The notes under the pieces: model-generated
Database searches by the model: none
What the model was told of the DNA's origin: nothing
What the model saw: the letters and a program-made list of their open reading frames with translations, nothing else
Position numbers and translations under genes: made by a program
Shown here: positions 31,873 through 41,897 of the stretch, piece after piece
Layout: every line of letters begins with the position of its first letter
Position numbering within the stretch: position 1 is the stretch's first letter
Source of the DNA: Alphaproteobacteria bacterium
Lineage (GTDB): Bacteria > Pseudomonadota > Alphaproteobacteria > Rs-D84 > CACZYB01
DNA: 64,000 nucleotides
Direction: 5' to 3'
NCBI GenBank assembly: GCA_017938435.1
Contig: JAGBBO010000008.1
Location: 143,344 to 207,343 of the forward strand

Positions 31873-33315
31873 TTATTTTTTTACTTGATAAATATTAACT
31901 CCATTTATTTCTATAATAAATTTATAATTTTTTAAGTTAAGTGTTGGATAATCAGAGTCTATCAACCTGCGATGAATAAAGATAAAATCAGCTTTTCCAT
32001 CATTTATTGCTTTTTGTAACAATTTATTATTACCAAATTGAATATATGATTTAGAATAATATTTTACATACTCGGTTATTGTAAAGTAATTCCAACAAGT
32101 AAAACTTGACATAGGATCGTCCCAACAATAATCTTCAAGTTTATTTTTTGGACTTTGTGTTAATCCATAAATTCTCTTATTTCTTACTAACTCCCTAATC
32201 CAAATAGTATTTTTTCTAGATTTTATATGCCAATAGTTATCATGATTATTTTTTAAAACCCCAAAAACAATGGCTATACTTAGTAAAAAATAAATTATAC
32301 AAGAATAAATTTTCTTTGGAAATTCAAACTGATACAAATTGATTGCAAAAATATATAATGAAATAACATAATACCATTTCATTTTTGCACCTAAAATTAT
32401 ATAACTTATACCATAAGATGCCCCTGCAAACAAAATACTATCAAATAATATATATTTTCTATCCTTGAAAAATAATATTCTTATCCCCCTATAGGCAGAT
32501 ATTAAAATAATAAAATTCATATACCATTCTGATTTAAGTATAGCAAAAATTTCAGATATAGAAAACGGTTCTATCTCTGGATAAATATCATTTCTGTTTA
32601 TAAAAACTATAAAATAGTATAATAAAAGAAAGATTATACAATTAGCAATTAAGGCATAATTAAAAATTTTCTGCCTTTTATTTAATCTTTTATCAAACAA
32701 TAATTCTGTCATTGCAAAGGCAAAATATATAACAAACATTGTTTCTTTCATATACATAGAATAAATAGCCGAGAATAATGAAATTATAAAATATCTACGC
32801 TTGCCAGTTCTATAAGCCTTTAACATAAATAAAAAGAATAATAAAACAAATATTCCTTGTGTAATTTCAGAAAAGGATGGATATAAAATAACAAAAAGAA
32901 AATTTGCAGAAATTGAAAGGAATAATATTGAAAAACACGCCTTTGAAAAATTAAATTTTGTTTTTGTGTAAATGTTTATCTCTTTAAAAACAAGAAAAAA
33001 TAATGCAATCAATAACAAAAATTTAAGCACCATAAAAACAGGAACTGCACTTTCGATATTTTTTGAAGTAAAACCCAAAAGAGGCAAAATATTATAATCA
33101 AAAAATTGCATAGGTAAAAACCTTGCCGACCAAAAATCCAATCTATTAGAAATAGGAATATATTTATCTTGGAAAAAGAACATTACAAGCTGGTTTGTAT
33201 CATCATTAAAAGCAAAAGCAAAATCTTTTACCGTGTAAAAAAGACACATAAAAATAAAAGACACAAAAATAAAACCAGAAATCCAGTTTTTTATTTTACC
33301 AGTATGTTTACACAT
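31873..33315 (-). CDS. Polytopic integral membrane protein of unknown function (possibly a GT-C-like glycosyltransferase or polymerase)
   Basis: 480 aa with >10 hydrophobic helices and a soluble C-terminal ~100 aa. The function is an architecture-based guess only. Confidence 0.4.
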   Translation of the reverse strand: MCKHTGKIKNWISGFIFVSFIFMCLFYTVKDFAFAFNDDTNQLVMFFFQDKYIPISNRLDFWSARFLPMQFFDYNILPLLGFTSKNIESAVPVFMVLKFLLLIALFFLVFKEINIYTKTKFNFSKACFSILFLSISANFLFVILYPSFSEITQGIFVLLFFLFMLKAYRTGKRRYFIISLFSAIYSMYMKETMFVIYFAFAMTELLFDKRLNKRQKIFNYALIANCIIFLLLYYFIVFINRNDIYPEIEPFSISEIFAILKSEWYMNFIILISAYRGIRILFFKDRKYILFDSILFAGASYGISYIILGAKMKWYYVISLYIFAINLYQFEFPKKIYSCIIYFLLSIAIVFGVLKNNHDNYWHIKSRKNTIWIRELVRNKRIYGLTQSPKNKLEDYCWDDPMSSFTCWNYFTITEYVKYYSKSYIQFGNNKLLQKAINDGKADFIFIHRRLIDSDYPTLNLKNYKFIIEINGVNIYQVKK

Positions 33316-33336
33316 AAACCCCTCTTCTTAAAACCA

Positions 33337-34395
33337 TTATAATTCAGAAAGTCGTTGGATTTGATCTTCGGTAATAAGTTTATCGATAACTTCATCTAAA
33401 GCCTCTCCACGCATAACATAATCTAACTTATACAATGTAAGATTTACACGATGATCTGTAACACGATTTTGAGGATAATTATATGTCCTTATTTTATCAC
33501 TTCTATCACCACTTCCGACTTGAGATTTTCTTAAACCAGCACGTTCAGAATCTATTTTTTCGCGTTGAGCCTCATAAAGTTTTGATCGAAGCATTTTCAT
33601 CGCACGCTCTTTATTTTTAAACTGAGAACGCTCATCTTGGCACTGAACAACCGTATTAGTTGGAATATGAGTAATACGAATTGCCGAATCAGTTTTATTA
33701 ACATGCTGACCACCGGCACCACTTGCACGGTAGGTATCAATTCGCAAATCTTTATCAAGAATTTCAATATCTATTTCCTCTGCTTCTGGCATAACGGCAA
33801 CGGTAGCAGCAGATGTATGAACACGTCCCTGTGATTCGGTTTCAGGAACCCTTTGCACACGATGAGCACCAGATTCAAATTTTAACCTACCAAAAACACC
33901 CTTACCTGTTATATTAGAAATAATTTCCTTAAAACCACCAGCTTCGTTTTCATGATAACTTATGACTTCAAGTTTCCAACCTTTTAATTCTGCATAACAT
34001 TTATACATATTAAACAAGTCACCAGCAAAAATTGCAGCCTCGTCACCACCAGTTCCGGCACGAATTTCCAAGATGGCATTTTTATCATCTGCTTCATCCT
34101 TTGGAAGTAATGCAATTTTTATTTGCTTTTCAATTTCCGGAAGTTTTTCCTTACAATCATAATATTCCATCTCAGCCATTTCTTTTAATGAATCATCTTT
34201 CATCATTTCTTCGGCTTGTTTCATATTATCTTCGGTTTTAAGATAGTCATCAATAAGGATAACAACCTCCTTTAAATCAGAATATTCTTTTGAAACTTTT
34301 GCCATTTCTTTTGCATCTTCAAAAGTTCCCATAAGTTGCTGTTCAAGCTCTTTATATTTATCTTTTATTTGTAATAATTTTTCATCAAAATTCAT
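33337..34395 (-). CDS. prfA: Peptide chain release factor 1
   Basis: 352 aa. [26 protein letters not shown] (PxT motif region) and [19 protein letters not shown] (GGQ). Confidence 0.95.
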   Translation of the reverse strand: MNFDEKLLQIKDKYKELEQQLMGTFEDAKEMAKVSKEYSDLKEVVILIDDYLKTEDNMKQAEEMMKDDSLKEMAEMEYYDCKEKLPEIEKQIKIALLPKDEADDKNAILEIRAGTGGDEAAIFAGDLFNMYKCYAELKGWKLEVISYHENEAGGFKEIISNITGKGVFGRLKFESGAHRVQRVPETESQGRVHTSAATVAVMPEAEEIDIEILDKDLRIDTYRASGAGGQHVNKTDSAIRITHIPTNTVVQCQDERSQFKNKERAMKMLRSKLYEAQREKIDSERAGLRKSQVGSGDRSDKIRTYNYPQNRVTDHRVNLTLYKLDYVMRGEALDEVIDKLITEDQIQRLSEL

Positions 34396-34413
34396 AATAT
34401 TAACCCTTATAAA

Positions 34414-35775
34414 TTAAATCTTTTCTTTTATTATTTTCAAAGCATCATTTATAGATACAGTTTGTTGTTCACCTGTAATCATATTTTTTACAGAAATGGT
34501 ATTATTTGCAACCTCATCTTCTCCAATAATTACAACATATTTTGCACCAAGTTTATTTGCATATTCCATCAACTTTTTAAACTTTTTATTTTCATAGATA
34601 ATGGAAGTTTTGCAAATACCATTCATGCACTCTGTAATTTGATTTTTAACTTCAGTTGCCTTTAAATAACAATTCTCCCCTTGTGGAAGAACCAAAACAT
34701 CAAGCAATCCGTCCCATTTATTTTCAATTTTTTCATCCTCGATTAAAGGAATAAATAACCTTGAAAGACCAATCGATCCACCTACTCCACAAATTTTCTT
34801 GTCTGTATAATTATCACAAAGATTTTCATAACGGCCACCACTTGAAACTGAACCAAATTCTGGATAATTTTCAAGGAAAGTTTCAAAAACAGTGCCAGTA
34901 TAATAATCAAGTCCACGAACAATGGATAAATCAATAACAAATCTATCTTTTGAAATTGTTTCAAGCGACTTCATTACAACCTCAAGTTCACGAATCCCCT
35001 GTTTCATTTTTTCATTATTATTTATAAAAGCAAAATCAGAATGATATTTTTCAGGAATCGAAACACCAACATTCGGAATAAATTCAAGTTCAAACAACTC
35101 TTTTATAAGTTTTTCAATATTAGGATTTTTAACCCTTTCTGAAAGTTCGGTATCAAAAACTTCGGCTGTAATTTTAGCCTTTTTATCAATAATATTCATT
35201 ATTGATGCCTTTTGTTCACCGGAAATAGAAAATTCTTCAAAAAAACCATCCCAAATTTTTCGATTTGAAATTTTCATTTTAAAGTTGCCAAGGGAACACA
35301 AATTACATAGATTTTCAATAGTTTTTGCCAAAGTTGAAATTATATCAACATCATACATTACAGAAAGACTATCTTCTGATACAATATCAATATCTGCCTG
35401 ATAAAATTCGCGATAACGCCCCTTTTGTGCACGTTCACCACGGTAAACTTTTGCAATATGATAACGTTTAAACGGAAATACCAAATCATTATAGTGTTCA
35501 GAAACATACCTTGCAAATGGAACAGTTAAATCAAAACGAAGAGATAAATCATTATCACCTTTTGTAAACCTATAAACCTGTTTTTCAGTATCACCACCAG
35601 CCTTTGCAAATAAAACCTCAGACTTTTCAATAACAGGAGTATCAATCGCAACATAACCAGCAGATTTATAAGACTTTTCAACTATATTTTTTATATTATC
35701 AAAAAGGATTTGTTCCTTTGGTAAAAGTTCAACAAACCCTGATAAAACCTTTGTATTTATTTGTTTTTTTGACAT
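34414..35775 (-). CDS. hisS: Histidine--tRNA ligase
   Basis: 453 aa. ...LRFDLTVPFARY, YRGERAQKGRYREFYQADIDI (class II motif 2 of HisRS) and GGRYENL. Confidence 0.9.
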   Translation of the reverse strand: MSKKQINTKVLSGFVELLPKEQILFDNIKNIVEKSYKSAGYVAIDTPVIEKSEVLFAKAGGDTEKQVYRFTKGDNDLSLRFDLTVPFARYVSEHYNDLVFPFKRYHIAKVYRGERAQKGRYREFYQADIDIVSEDSLSVMYDVDIISTLAKTIENLCNLCSLGNFKMKISNRKIWDGFFEEFSISGEQKASIMNIIDKKAKITAEVFDTELSERVKNPNIEKLIKELFELEFIPNVGVSIPEKYHSDFAFINNNEKMKQGIRELEVVMKSLETISKDRFVIDLSIVRGLDYYTGTVFETFLENYPEFGSVSSGGRYENLCDNYTDKKICGVGGSIGLSRLFIPLIEDEKIENKWDGLLDVLVLPQGENCYLKATEVKNQITECMNGICKTSIIYENKKFKKLMEYANKLGAKYVVIIGEDEVANNTISVKNMITGEQQTVSINDALKIIKEKI

Positions 35776-36837
35776 TTATTCAATTATCCTATTTCTTACA
35801 TACGCAGTTCCATTTTTAAGTTTTTCAACATTCATTTCAATATTATGACGAGAAACTTCTTTCTTTGAAAGTGGAGCAATTAGAGAACCATCAGCATATA
35901 TATCAACACCCTGAGCATTACCAATAGTTAAATAATAATTATCTCCTTGTGGTATATAGTAAGTATCACCAGGTTCCAAAATAGCTTCAAATATTGTAAC
36001 ACCACTTCCAATATCTCCTTGTTCGCTATCGTATTTATATAAACCATCTTTTTTAAGTTTTATCCAAATTTTCTTTGTTGCTTTTATATAAATATCATAA
36101 TTTTCCTTGTTTTCTAAACCATATTCTTTTGCAATATGTTCAGGAACAATATTTTCATTTTGAGTTGATGTTGTTACAGTTTGAGGTTCAACAGCATTTT
36201 TTTCTTCTGCAACTTTAGCATCTTCTATTTTTGTTTCAAAATATTCCGGTGTAGATACCAATACTGGCTTTGTAGAAATATCTGTCATAGAAATTTCATC
36301 TGAAACAGCAGGTGCATCAGAAGAAACATTGGTTCTTTCTATTGAAATTTCAACATTTTCCACATCTTGAGCAGGCTCTGGTATTGACGTATCTTTTGAA
36401 CCAGTTACAGAGACAAAGATAATACCAAAAAGAACAACTACACTAGCAATTATTATATGATTACTATTTATTACAGGATCTTTTATAAGAGTATTTTCAT
36501 CATCAACAACTGAATTTGTAATTGGCGAAATAGCACCAGTTTCTTGTTTATACTGAACTATAACATCATTAGCATTAAGCCCAAGATAAGAAGCATAAGA
36601 TTTTATAAAACCAATAACATAAGCACTACCAGGTAAGTTATTGAATTTATTTTCTTCTAAGGCTGATAAATATTGGGATTTAATTCTTAAATAATCAGAA
36701 ATTTCATCAATTGTTTTACCGGTTTCCAATCGTTTATTTTTAAGTATACTTCCTATTGTTTCTTTTTTTGCAGGAAGGATAATTTCCCCTTTTTCCTTTT
36801 CAAGTTTTGCTTGTAATTCTTTTTCATTATATCCCAT
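35776..36837 (-). CDS. rodZ: RodZ-like cytoskeleton/morphogenesis protein (HTH, TM, C-terminal DUF4115-type domain)
   Basis: GSILKNKRLETGKTIDEISDYLRIKSQYLSALEENKFNNLPGSAYVIGFIKSYASYLGL, followed by one TM helix and a conserved C-terminal beta-rich domain. Confidence 0.75.
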   Translation of the reverse strand: MGYNEKELQAKLEKEKGEIILPAKKETIGSILKNKRLETGKTIDEISDYLRIKSQYLSALEENKFNNLPGSAYVIGFIKSYASYLGLNANDVIVQYKQETGAISPITNSVVDDENTLIKDPVINSNHIIIASVVVLFGIIFVSVTGSKDTSIPEPAQDVENVEISIERTNVSSDAPAVSDEISMTDISTKPVLVSTPEYFETKIEDAKVAEEKNAVEPQTVTTSTQNENIVPEHIAKEYGLENKENYDIYIKATKKIWIKLKKDGLYKYDSEQGDIGSGVTIFEAILEPGDTYYIPQGDNYYLTIGNAQGVDIYADGSLIAPLSKKEVSRHNIEMNVEKLKNGTAYVRNRIIE

Positions 36838-36921
36838 AATAGTCCTCTTTTCTTTTTATTTTTTACTCTTACAGAGTAAAGCCTACTATGTTTTTTTTAA
36901 GGAATCAATATTTTTATAATT

Positions 36922-37923
36922 TTATTTGAATAATTTCTCAATAAATTCATAAACTTCTGATATATTTTCAGAGTTATTTACAAAATTTCTAAATTCTGCA
37001 GAATTTCTTATTCCTTTAGAATACCATGCAATATGCTTTCTTGCATTAAAAAGCCCAGTTTTTTCACCATAATATTCAATCATAGAGGAAATATGTTTCA
37101 AAAGTATTTCTTTTTTTTCAGAAATAGTTGGTTTGGGAAGTTTTTCACCCGTTTTTAAAAAGTAAATAATATGATTTAAAAACCATGGTGCACCATAAAT
37201 TCCACGACCAACCATAACACCATCAACCCCAGTATATTCTAACATATTTTTTGCATCTTCTTCTGTAAAAATATCCCCATTTCCAATAACAGGAATTGAA
37301 ACACTTTCTTTTACTTTTTTAATAGTGTCTAAATCAACATGTCCACTGTAAAGTTGACTTCTGGTTCGGCCATGTATTGCAAGCATAGAAGCACCGGAAT
37401 CCTCTACCATCTTTGCAAAATCAGGGGCATTTTTATGATCAAAATCCCAACCTGTTCTTATTTTAACACTGACTGGCACAGAAACCGAAGAAACAACACT
37501 TTTTATTATATCCGATGCTAATTTAGAGTTTCGTAAAAGATCAGAACCACAGCCATTTTTTACTATTTTATTAACTGGACACCCCATATTTATATCGATA
37601 ATATCAGCACCCAACTCTTCGTTAATTTTTGCACTTTCCGCCATAATAGATGGATCGTTACCAAAAATTTGAACAGAAGTTAAAGTATCAGAATTATATC
37701 GTTGATAAAGACGTTTTATTTTATCATTGCCTTTTCTACGATTCAAAAGATAAACCTGAGAGGCAGATGGAACCATTTCCGACACAGTCAAAGATGTTGC
37801 AAATTCTTTTCCACCAAAACTTGCAACCAAATTTCGAAATGGCAAATCAGTTATCCCAGCCTGTGGTGCTAAAATAACAGGATTTTTTATTTCAATATTT
37901 TTTATTTTTATAGGTTTTAACAA
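36922..37923 (-). CDS. tRNA-dihydrouridine synthase
   Basis: ...ILAPQAGITDLPFR, DINMGCP, IHGRTR. The probable start is a TTG 6 nt after AGAGG; the 27-aa hydrophobic extension of the longest ORF (to 38004) was rejected. Confidence 0.8.
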   Translation of the reverse strand: MLKPIKIKNIEIKNPVILAPQAGITDLPFRNLVASFGGKEFATSLTVSEMVPSASQVYLLNRRKGNDKIKRLYQRYNSDTLTSVQIFGNDPSIMAESAKINEELGADIIDINMGCPVNKIVKNGCGSDLLRNSKLASDIIKSVVSSVSVPVSVKIRTGWDFDHKNAPDFAKMVEDSGASMLAIHGRTRSQLYSGHVDLDTIKKVKESVSIPVIGNGDIFTEEDAKNMLEYTGVDGVMVGRGIYGAPWFLNHIIYFLKTGEKLPKPTISEKKEILLKHISSMIEYYGEKTGLFNARKHIAWYSKGIRNSAEFRNFVNNSENISEVYEFIEKLFK

Positions 37924-37998
37924 ATTAACCTCTTGTCCCAATATAAATTTTATGATATACTTATAATATGTTATTAAATAAGTAAAGACAAATAAAAA

Positions 37999-38307
37999 AT
38001 GCAAACAGATAGATTTCTTAAATTTTTACTCAATTCTATATTATTTATTTTTTTAATAATATTTGGGTTTATATGCACAATAAATCTTTTTGTAGGAAAA
38101 TCTAGTATATTCAGTTATTTAAAATTAAAAAATCAAAGTTATACTTTAGAAAAAAAATTACAAAAGAAACAAGAAGAAAGAAAAAATTTATTACATGAAG
38201 TTAATATATTAAAGAATTCTAATGTTATAAATTTAGATATATTAGAAAAAGAAACCATTAAAAAATTAAATAAAATTCCATATGGATACAAAATAATATC
38301 TGAATAA
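37999..38307 (+). CDS. ftsB: Septum formation initiator (FtsB/DivIC family)
   Basis: 102 aa with one N-terminal TM helix. Then a coiled coil (SIFSYLKLKNQSYTLEKKLQKKQEERKNLLHEVNILK) and ...LDILEKETIKKLN. Confidence 0.65.
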   Translation: MQTDRFLKFLLNSILFIFLIIFGFICTINLFVGKSSIFSYLKLKNQSYTLEKKLQKKQEERKNLLHEVNILKNSNVINLDILEKETIKKLNKIPYGYKIISE

Positions 38308-38315
38308 AAAAAAGA

Positions 38316-38345
38316 AAAACCCTTTTTAGAAAGGGTTTTCTATTT
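38316..38345. terminator. Bidirectional terminator between ftsB and the 956-aa gene
   Basis: 9-bp stem AAAACCCTT/AAGGGTTTT, flanked by A-rich sequence on one side and T-rich sequence on the other. Confidence 0.65.
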
Positions 38346-38376
38346 GAAACTTTTTAATTTATATTTTTCTTGATTA

Positions 38377-41247
38377 CTATACTTCTTCTTCAACAACAAT
38401 TTCTTCTTCTGATGTATATTCAACACCTTCATCTTCATCAGAAATATCTTCATCATCTTCTTCAGCATAATATTCTTCATCATTAGAAGTATCATCTTCT
38501 ACATCTTCATCACTTGAAAGAATAAGTTCTTCTTCGTTTTCTGTTGGAACAATAGATACTATTTCTTCTGAGTCATCTTCCATTACAACTTCTAAATCTG
38601 CTGGCATTGTAGTTGCAACTGTATCAACATCCTCATCCTCATCATCCTCTTCAACATCATCTGTTGTAACAGTAGCTATTTCTGAAGAATCTTCTTCTTC
38701 ATCAATTTCATCTTCGATAAAATCTTCATCATCTTCCTCTGGAATATTTGCAAGTTCTTCATCTTCTTCAATACTTTCTGTAGTTACAGCAGCAACATCA
38801 TCAGAATCCTCGTCAACTATAGCAACATCTTCTGTTTCATCATCGTTTTCATCAGAAGAGTTCAATTCAGCGACTTCGTTTTCTTCTACTTCTGAAACTT
38901 CTTCTGCAGGAAGGACAACAACATTTTCACTTTCTGCATATTCCTTTGTGAAATCCGTTACTATTTCAGTAGAATCTTGATTTACTATCTCAGTATCATC
39001 ATCAGAATAGATGCTTTCCTGATAAACAATTTCTGTTGTCGCTGTCAATGGGATAAGAGAAGCCTCTATTTCCATATTATCTGCAACAATAGTTTCTGCT
39101 TCATCTTTTTCAGCTATAGCCGAAAGAACTGCTGCCGCACCACCTTGTGCCTGGATTGCATTATAAACTCTTGCTAATACTTCTAATTTAGCGAGTGGAC
39201 GACCCAAAACATCAAGTTCATTTTCAATCGCAGCATATAATGCGGTTGCTGTGCTATTTGCATATTCATATTTCATAACAAATTCGTTAACAATATATTC
39301 ATAGAAAGCATAGTATGCATTAGTATAAACTCTTAACAAATATTCATCGTTAGCATACTCTTCATAGTTGATATCTGATTTCAAAGTATAATCACTTTCG
39401 TAATACGCATCATAAGTTGCATTACGGAAATCATTCCAATAATGATTCATTTTTTCAAGTTCTGCGATTTTCGCATCATCTTCCAATGTAAAGAAATTAT
39501 CTTTTAAATAAGCAAGTAATGTTAAATAGTTATCACCAGCAAGAACATTATTTACATATTCAGTTTTTGCTATTTGCAAAGCAGATAATTCTGAAGTTTC
39601 ATCTTCATCTTCTTCAACATCGTCATTTTCTTCTATTTCAACAGATTCTATAACAACTGTTTCTGGTTCTTCTTCATCAATTTCATCTTCGATAAAATCT
39701 TCATCATCTTCCTCAGGAATATTTGCTAGTTCATCTTCTACAACAACCTCCTCTTCTACAACAGGCTTTGGATCCACCTTTTTAGGAGCTGGTTTTACAA
39801 TAGGTTTTGGCGCAACCTTCTTTGGAGTTGGTTTTGCAACAGGTTTTGGAGCAACAACTACAGGAGCTGGTTTAACATCTTCTTGAATAGGTTCCACAAC
39901 TGGTTCTGGTGTAGGCTCAACCACTGGCTCTGGTGCAGGTTCAACCACTGGCTCTGGTGTAGGTTCAACAACTTCTTCTTCAAATTTAACTTCTTCTACT
40001 GGTTCAGGAGTTGGTTCAGGAAGAACCTCTTCTTGATAATTTTGTTCTATATAAGCGTTTTCGTTATATGCATTTTCCGAATCGCCAGATAAGAAGAAAA
40101 ATAAACCGAATACTATGATTAAGGAAACCATAATAGATGCAACATACATCCAAACTTTCTTATATTTATCATCAAGAACATCTGTCTTTTTGGCAAATTT
40201 AACATCTGGTGTTTTTGGAGCATCTTGTGCTGTATCATCAACAAAAGGTGGTTTAAACTCTGTTGTTGTTTTTAAATTTTTTTCTGTATCTTTAACCATA
40301 ATAGTCTCCTTCGTAGGTAAAGTTGTTCCTATTTTTTCTCCTGTTTCATTCTTAGCATTTATATTTTGAATTGTCAATTTTTCTGTTTTCCTATTTTCAA
40401 CCTCTTGATTTTTCAAGTTTTTTTGTTCATCAAGAACAGGCGAGGAAACAGAATCATGATAATCAAATCTTGCAAGAATCCGATTTGTATTATCAGATTT
40501 AGAAGCATTTCTTGATTCGATAAGTTTTTTGATTTCTTGTATCTGAATTCTATTCAAAGATAAATTTTCAAAGGCATTTGCAGAACGCTTTTTTGCACGT
40601 TTTATACGACGCTCTGTCCTTTTTAATTTTTCAGTATTATCATACATTTTTTGAACAAGTTCGGCTTTTAATTGAGCATCTGCCTTTTCTGGAAAATTTT
40701 CTTCAATTTCATTTTGTTTTTTCAATCTTTTCGAAAAATGAAGAATTTTCTTTTTCAAATTTTCCAAAGTAACCGTGGCTTTATCTATTGTTTGTGTAGA
40801 TTTGTTATAGTTGAGTAAATTTTCAGATTCTCGCTCATAAGCATTATCAAGAGATAAAATTTCCCGTTTTTCCTTAATAGAATCGAGTAATTCATCAGTT
40901 TGTAATGACACAAAATCCTTATACAAAGACAAATCAGAATAACTTATATCTAATTTCTTATATTTAGTATTTTCCTTTGGTCGAATCTTTATTGGATCAA
41001 TATGAAACTTAGTTTTAAGAATAGAATCCCACTTTGTTTTTGGATTTTTTTCACCCTTTTCTTCAGGTAAAGCCTCTATTATTAGCAAATTATTAGGCGA
41101 AACAATATCGCAAGTATTATCTAAAACAAATATAGGTTCTTCAGCACGAAAATAAACAACAAAAGAGATATCATTTGAAGAAAAATGAAATTCTCGAACA
41201 TCATTATAGACGCTATTTACCAGCCAAAAACTTCTTACTCCCTCCAT
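38377..41247 (-). CDS. Large bitopic membrane protein: basic coiled-coil N-terminal domain, one TM, TonB-like (EP)n/(KP)n spacer, highly acidic repetitive C-terminal region
   Basis: 956 aa. TM helix VWMYVASIMVSLIIVFGLFFFL preceded by Lys-rich sequence, then EPTPEPVVEPAPEPVVEPTPEPVVEP and KPVAKPTPKKVAPKPIVKPAPKKVDPKP. Long D/E tracts follow. AAAGGAGAG SD; the start lies 18 nt after the gcrA stop. Confidence 0.7.
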   Translation of the reverse strand: MEGVRSFWLVNSVYNDVREFHFSSNDISFVVYFRAEEPIFVLDNTCDIVSPNNLLIIEALPEEKGEKNPKTKWDSILKTKFHIDPIKIRPKENTKYKKLDISYSDLSLYKDFVSLQTDELLDSIKEKREILSLDNAYERESENLLNYNKSTQTIDKATVTLENLKKKILHFSKRLKKQNEIEENFPEKADAQLKAELVQKMYDNTEKLKRTERRIKRAKKRSANAFENLSLNRIQIQEIKKLIESRNASKSDNTNRILARFDYHDSVSSPVLDEQKNLKNQEVENRKTEKLTIQNINAKNETGEKIGTTLPTKETIMVKDTEKNLKTTTEFKPPFVDDTAQDAPKTPDVKFAKKTDVLDDKYKKVWMYVASIMVSLIIVFGLFFFLSGDSENAYNENAYIEQNYQEEVLPEPTPEPVEEVKFEEEVVEPTPEPVVEPAPEPVVEPTPEPVVEPIQEDVKPAPVVVAPKPVAKPTPKKVAPKPIVKPAPKKVDPKPVVEEEVVVEDELANIPEEDDEDFIEDEIDEEEPETVVIESVEIEENDDVEEDEDETSELSALQIAKTEYVNNVLAGDNYLTLLAYLKDNFFTLEDDAKIAELEKMNHYWNDFRNATYDAYYESDYTLKSDINYEEYANDEYLLRVYTNAYYAFYEYIVNEFVMKYEYANSTATALYAAIENELDVLGRPLAKLEVLARVYNAIQAQGGAAAVLSAIAEKDEAETIVADNMEIEASLIPLTATTEIVYQESIYSDDDTEIVNQDSTEIVTDFTKEYAESENVVVLPAEEVSEVEENEVAELNSSDENDDETEDVAIVDEDSDDVAAVTTESIEEDEELANIPEEDDEDFIEDEIDEEEDSSEIATVTTDDVEEDDEDEDVDTVATTMPADLEVVMEDDSEEIVSIVPTENEEELILSSDEDVEDDTSNDEEYYAEEDDEDISDEDEGVEYTSEEEIVVEEEV
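38692..38757. repeat. Copy A of a ~66-bp dispersed intragenic repeat (encodes ELANIPEEDDEDFIEDEIDEEE)
   Basis: TTCTTCTTCATCAATTTCATCTTCGATAAAATCTTCATCATCTTCCTC(T)GGAATATTTGC(A)AGTTC, near-identical to 39667-39732. Confidence 0.9.
39667..39732. repeat. Copy B of the ~66-bp intragenic repeat
   Basis: Same sequence as 38692-38757 with 2 mismatches. Confidence 0.9.
39891..39972. repeat. 24-bp tandem repeat (3+ copies) encoding (V)VEPxPEP
   Basis: GGTTCCACAACTGGTTCTGGTGTA / GGCTCAACCACTGGCTCTGGTGCA / GGTTCAACCACTGGCTCTGGTGTA / GGTTCAACAAC... Confidence 0.9.
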
Positions 41248-41265
41248 AATCTCTCCTTTTCTAGT

Positions 41266-41826
41266 TTATTCCTCTGTTTTATTTTTATCTACAGCCGTGT
41301 TTTTAGATGTAGATGAAGACGATGTTGTATAAGCCATTGCACAATGTTCGAGGCAGTAAGGCCTATTTTTAAATACTTTTTTACCACAAAAACGGAATTC
41401 ATCAGAATTTACATCATCAAGCGGCCAACAACAACGATCAAATGTCAACTCACTCAACGAAACACCCTCCAAAACAGCCTTTTTAGATTGTTTTAGTGAT
41501 GTTTTTTGCGATTCGTTCTTAGTTTTCTCAAATTTTTCTTTTGTTTCAACTTTAGAAACTGGCGTTTTTACTGGTGTTACTTTTGCTTTTTTAACTGATG
41601 TAGAAACCACCTCTTCAACCTTTTTAGAGGTGTTTTTTTTCACTTTTTCAACCTTGTTTGAAGATGTTTTTATTGGTGAATTTCTATTAGAAAGACCAAG
41701 TCTATGAACTTTTCCAACAATAGCATTTTTAGAGAAATCCAAGCGTTTTCCAATTTCTGCCGTAGGCACACCCTTTTCCCAAAGTTGTTTTAGTTTTTCA
41801 ATTTTTTTATCAGTCCAAGTTCCCAT
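41266..41826 (-). CDS. gcrA: GcrA cell-cycle regulator
   Basis: N-terminus MGTWTDKKIEKLKQLWEKGVPTAEIGKRLDFSKNAIVGKVHRLGL. C-terminus CCWPLDD....F.FCGKKV...PYCLEHCAMAY. Both blocks are diagnostic of alphaproteobacterial GcrA. Confidence 0.85.
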   Translation of the reverse strand: MGTWTDKKIEKLKQLWEKGVPTAEIGKRLDFSKNAIVGKVHRLGLSNRNSPIKTSSNKVEKVKKNTSKKVEEVVSTSVKKAKVTPVKTPVSKVETKEKFEKTKNESQKTSLKQSKKAVLEGVSLSELTFDRCCWPLDDVNSDEFRFCGKKVFKNRPYCLEHCAMAYTTSSSSTSKNTAVDKNKTEE

Positions 41827-41897
41827 AGTAAAAAATCCTTTTATTTTTAATTAATTTGTTTTAATCTTATTTCATAAATTTTAAAAAGGAAACAAAA

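Noticed and set aside
33700-33860. The RF1 tripeptide region reads PET rather than the E. coli PAT.
   Set aside because: The recognition motif is P-x-T with a variable middle residue, so I have no basis to call this unusual.
39891-39972. Short tandem repeats (24-bp units here, 57-bp units at 29113) considered as possible CRISPR arrays.
   Set aside because: The units are contiguous with no spacers, in frame inside long ORFs, and encode peptide repeats. No cas genes are present in the window.
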